Assembly: GCA_964187785.1 (NCBI GenBank)
Contig: OZ076409.1
Location: forward strand, 68,140,001-68,204,000
DNA: 64,000 bases
Direction of reading: 5' to 3'
From: Amphiscolops sp. MND2022
Taxonomy: Eukaryota
Translations under genes and position numbers: made by a program
Notes under the pieces: model-generated
Databases searched by the model: none
Told to the model about the DNA's origin: nothing
Seen by the model: only the letters and a program-made list of their open reading frames with translations
Part shown: piece by piece, positions 63,561 through 64,000 of the stretch
Layout: each line of letters begins with the position of its first letter
Position numbering within the stretch: the stretch's first letter is position 1

Positions 63561-64000
63561 TCCAAACTTTTTAGAACATATTAACTCACGTATGAGAACA
63601 AAGTGTCCCTTCTATTTTCTTTGATTTTCTCACTTAGGAAAATTTTTCATGAGCGCTAAACGCCCCTTTTAATTTTTTGAACTTAGATTTTTCAGGGTTT
63701 TCACTGCCCCTGAGCTTATTTGGAACAATTTGCGCCGTTTGAGCTTTCAACAGGGCGCCAATGTAGAGCAGTTCTTAGCTTGGTTTTTCTCGTCTCATCG
63801 AAAAATAGTTTTTCTTTAACTTCTTCAGCTTTTTAGTGCGTCAAGTATCGTTATGTAGGAAATCCATAAATTCATTGGAAGCTTTTTTTGGTTAACGGAG
63901 TATTTTCGCCTCTTTTCGACAGTGGAATAAATGAAATTATCAAAAGGGGGCCCTTTGGACCTGAAGGGCCTTTTCCTAAATGAAAATGTGAAAAACCAAA

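Overview
Eukaryotic (metazoan-looking, AT-rich, spliceosomal introns) repeat-dense window, mostly transposon-derived. (1) 1-13620: 3' part of a very large Ty3/Gypsy LTR retrotransposon. It has a gag end with two CCHC knuckles, a UUUAAAC -1 slippery site and a pol (PR-RT-RH-IN) with two lesions. An ~8.4 kb accessory block follows, carrying a six-exon ANTISENSE gene (~1078 aa, BED/hAT-transposase-like, apparently non-catalytic), a 351-aa orphan sense ORF and three homologous 32-33 bp repeat arrays. (2) 14168-26008: two decayed BEL/Pao elements. (3) 27521-31606: a decayed LINE. (4) 36563-45054: a young BEL/Pao element (near-identical LTRs, CCCCC TSD). Its 3' region hides an antisense JmjC-domain (Fe/2OG oxygenase, histone-demethylase fold) gene that only appears once two inserted MITEs are removed. 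(5) One host gene, a Golgi-type sulfotransferase (47042-49129, minus). (6) Many Mutator-like MITEs that share internal cores but have different arms, plus Helentron/DINE-like repeats. The leading candidates for an undescribed system are the two LTR retrotransposons that each carry antisense chromatin- or DNA-binding-type cargo. All domain calls come from motif recognition by eye, and no database searches were run.
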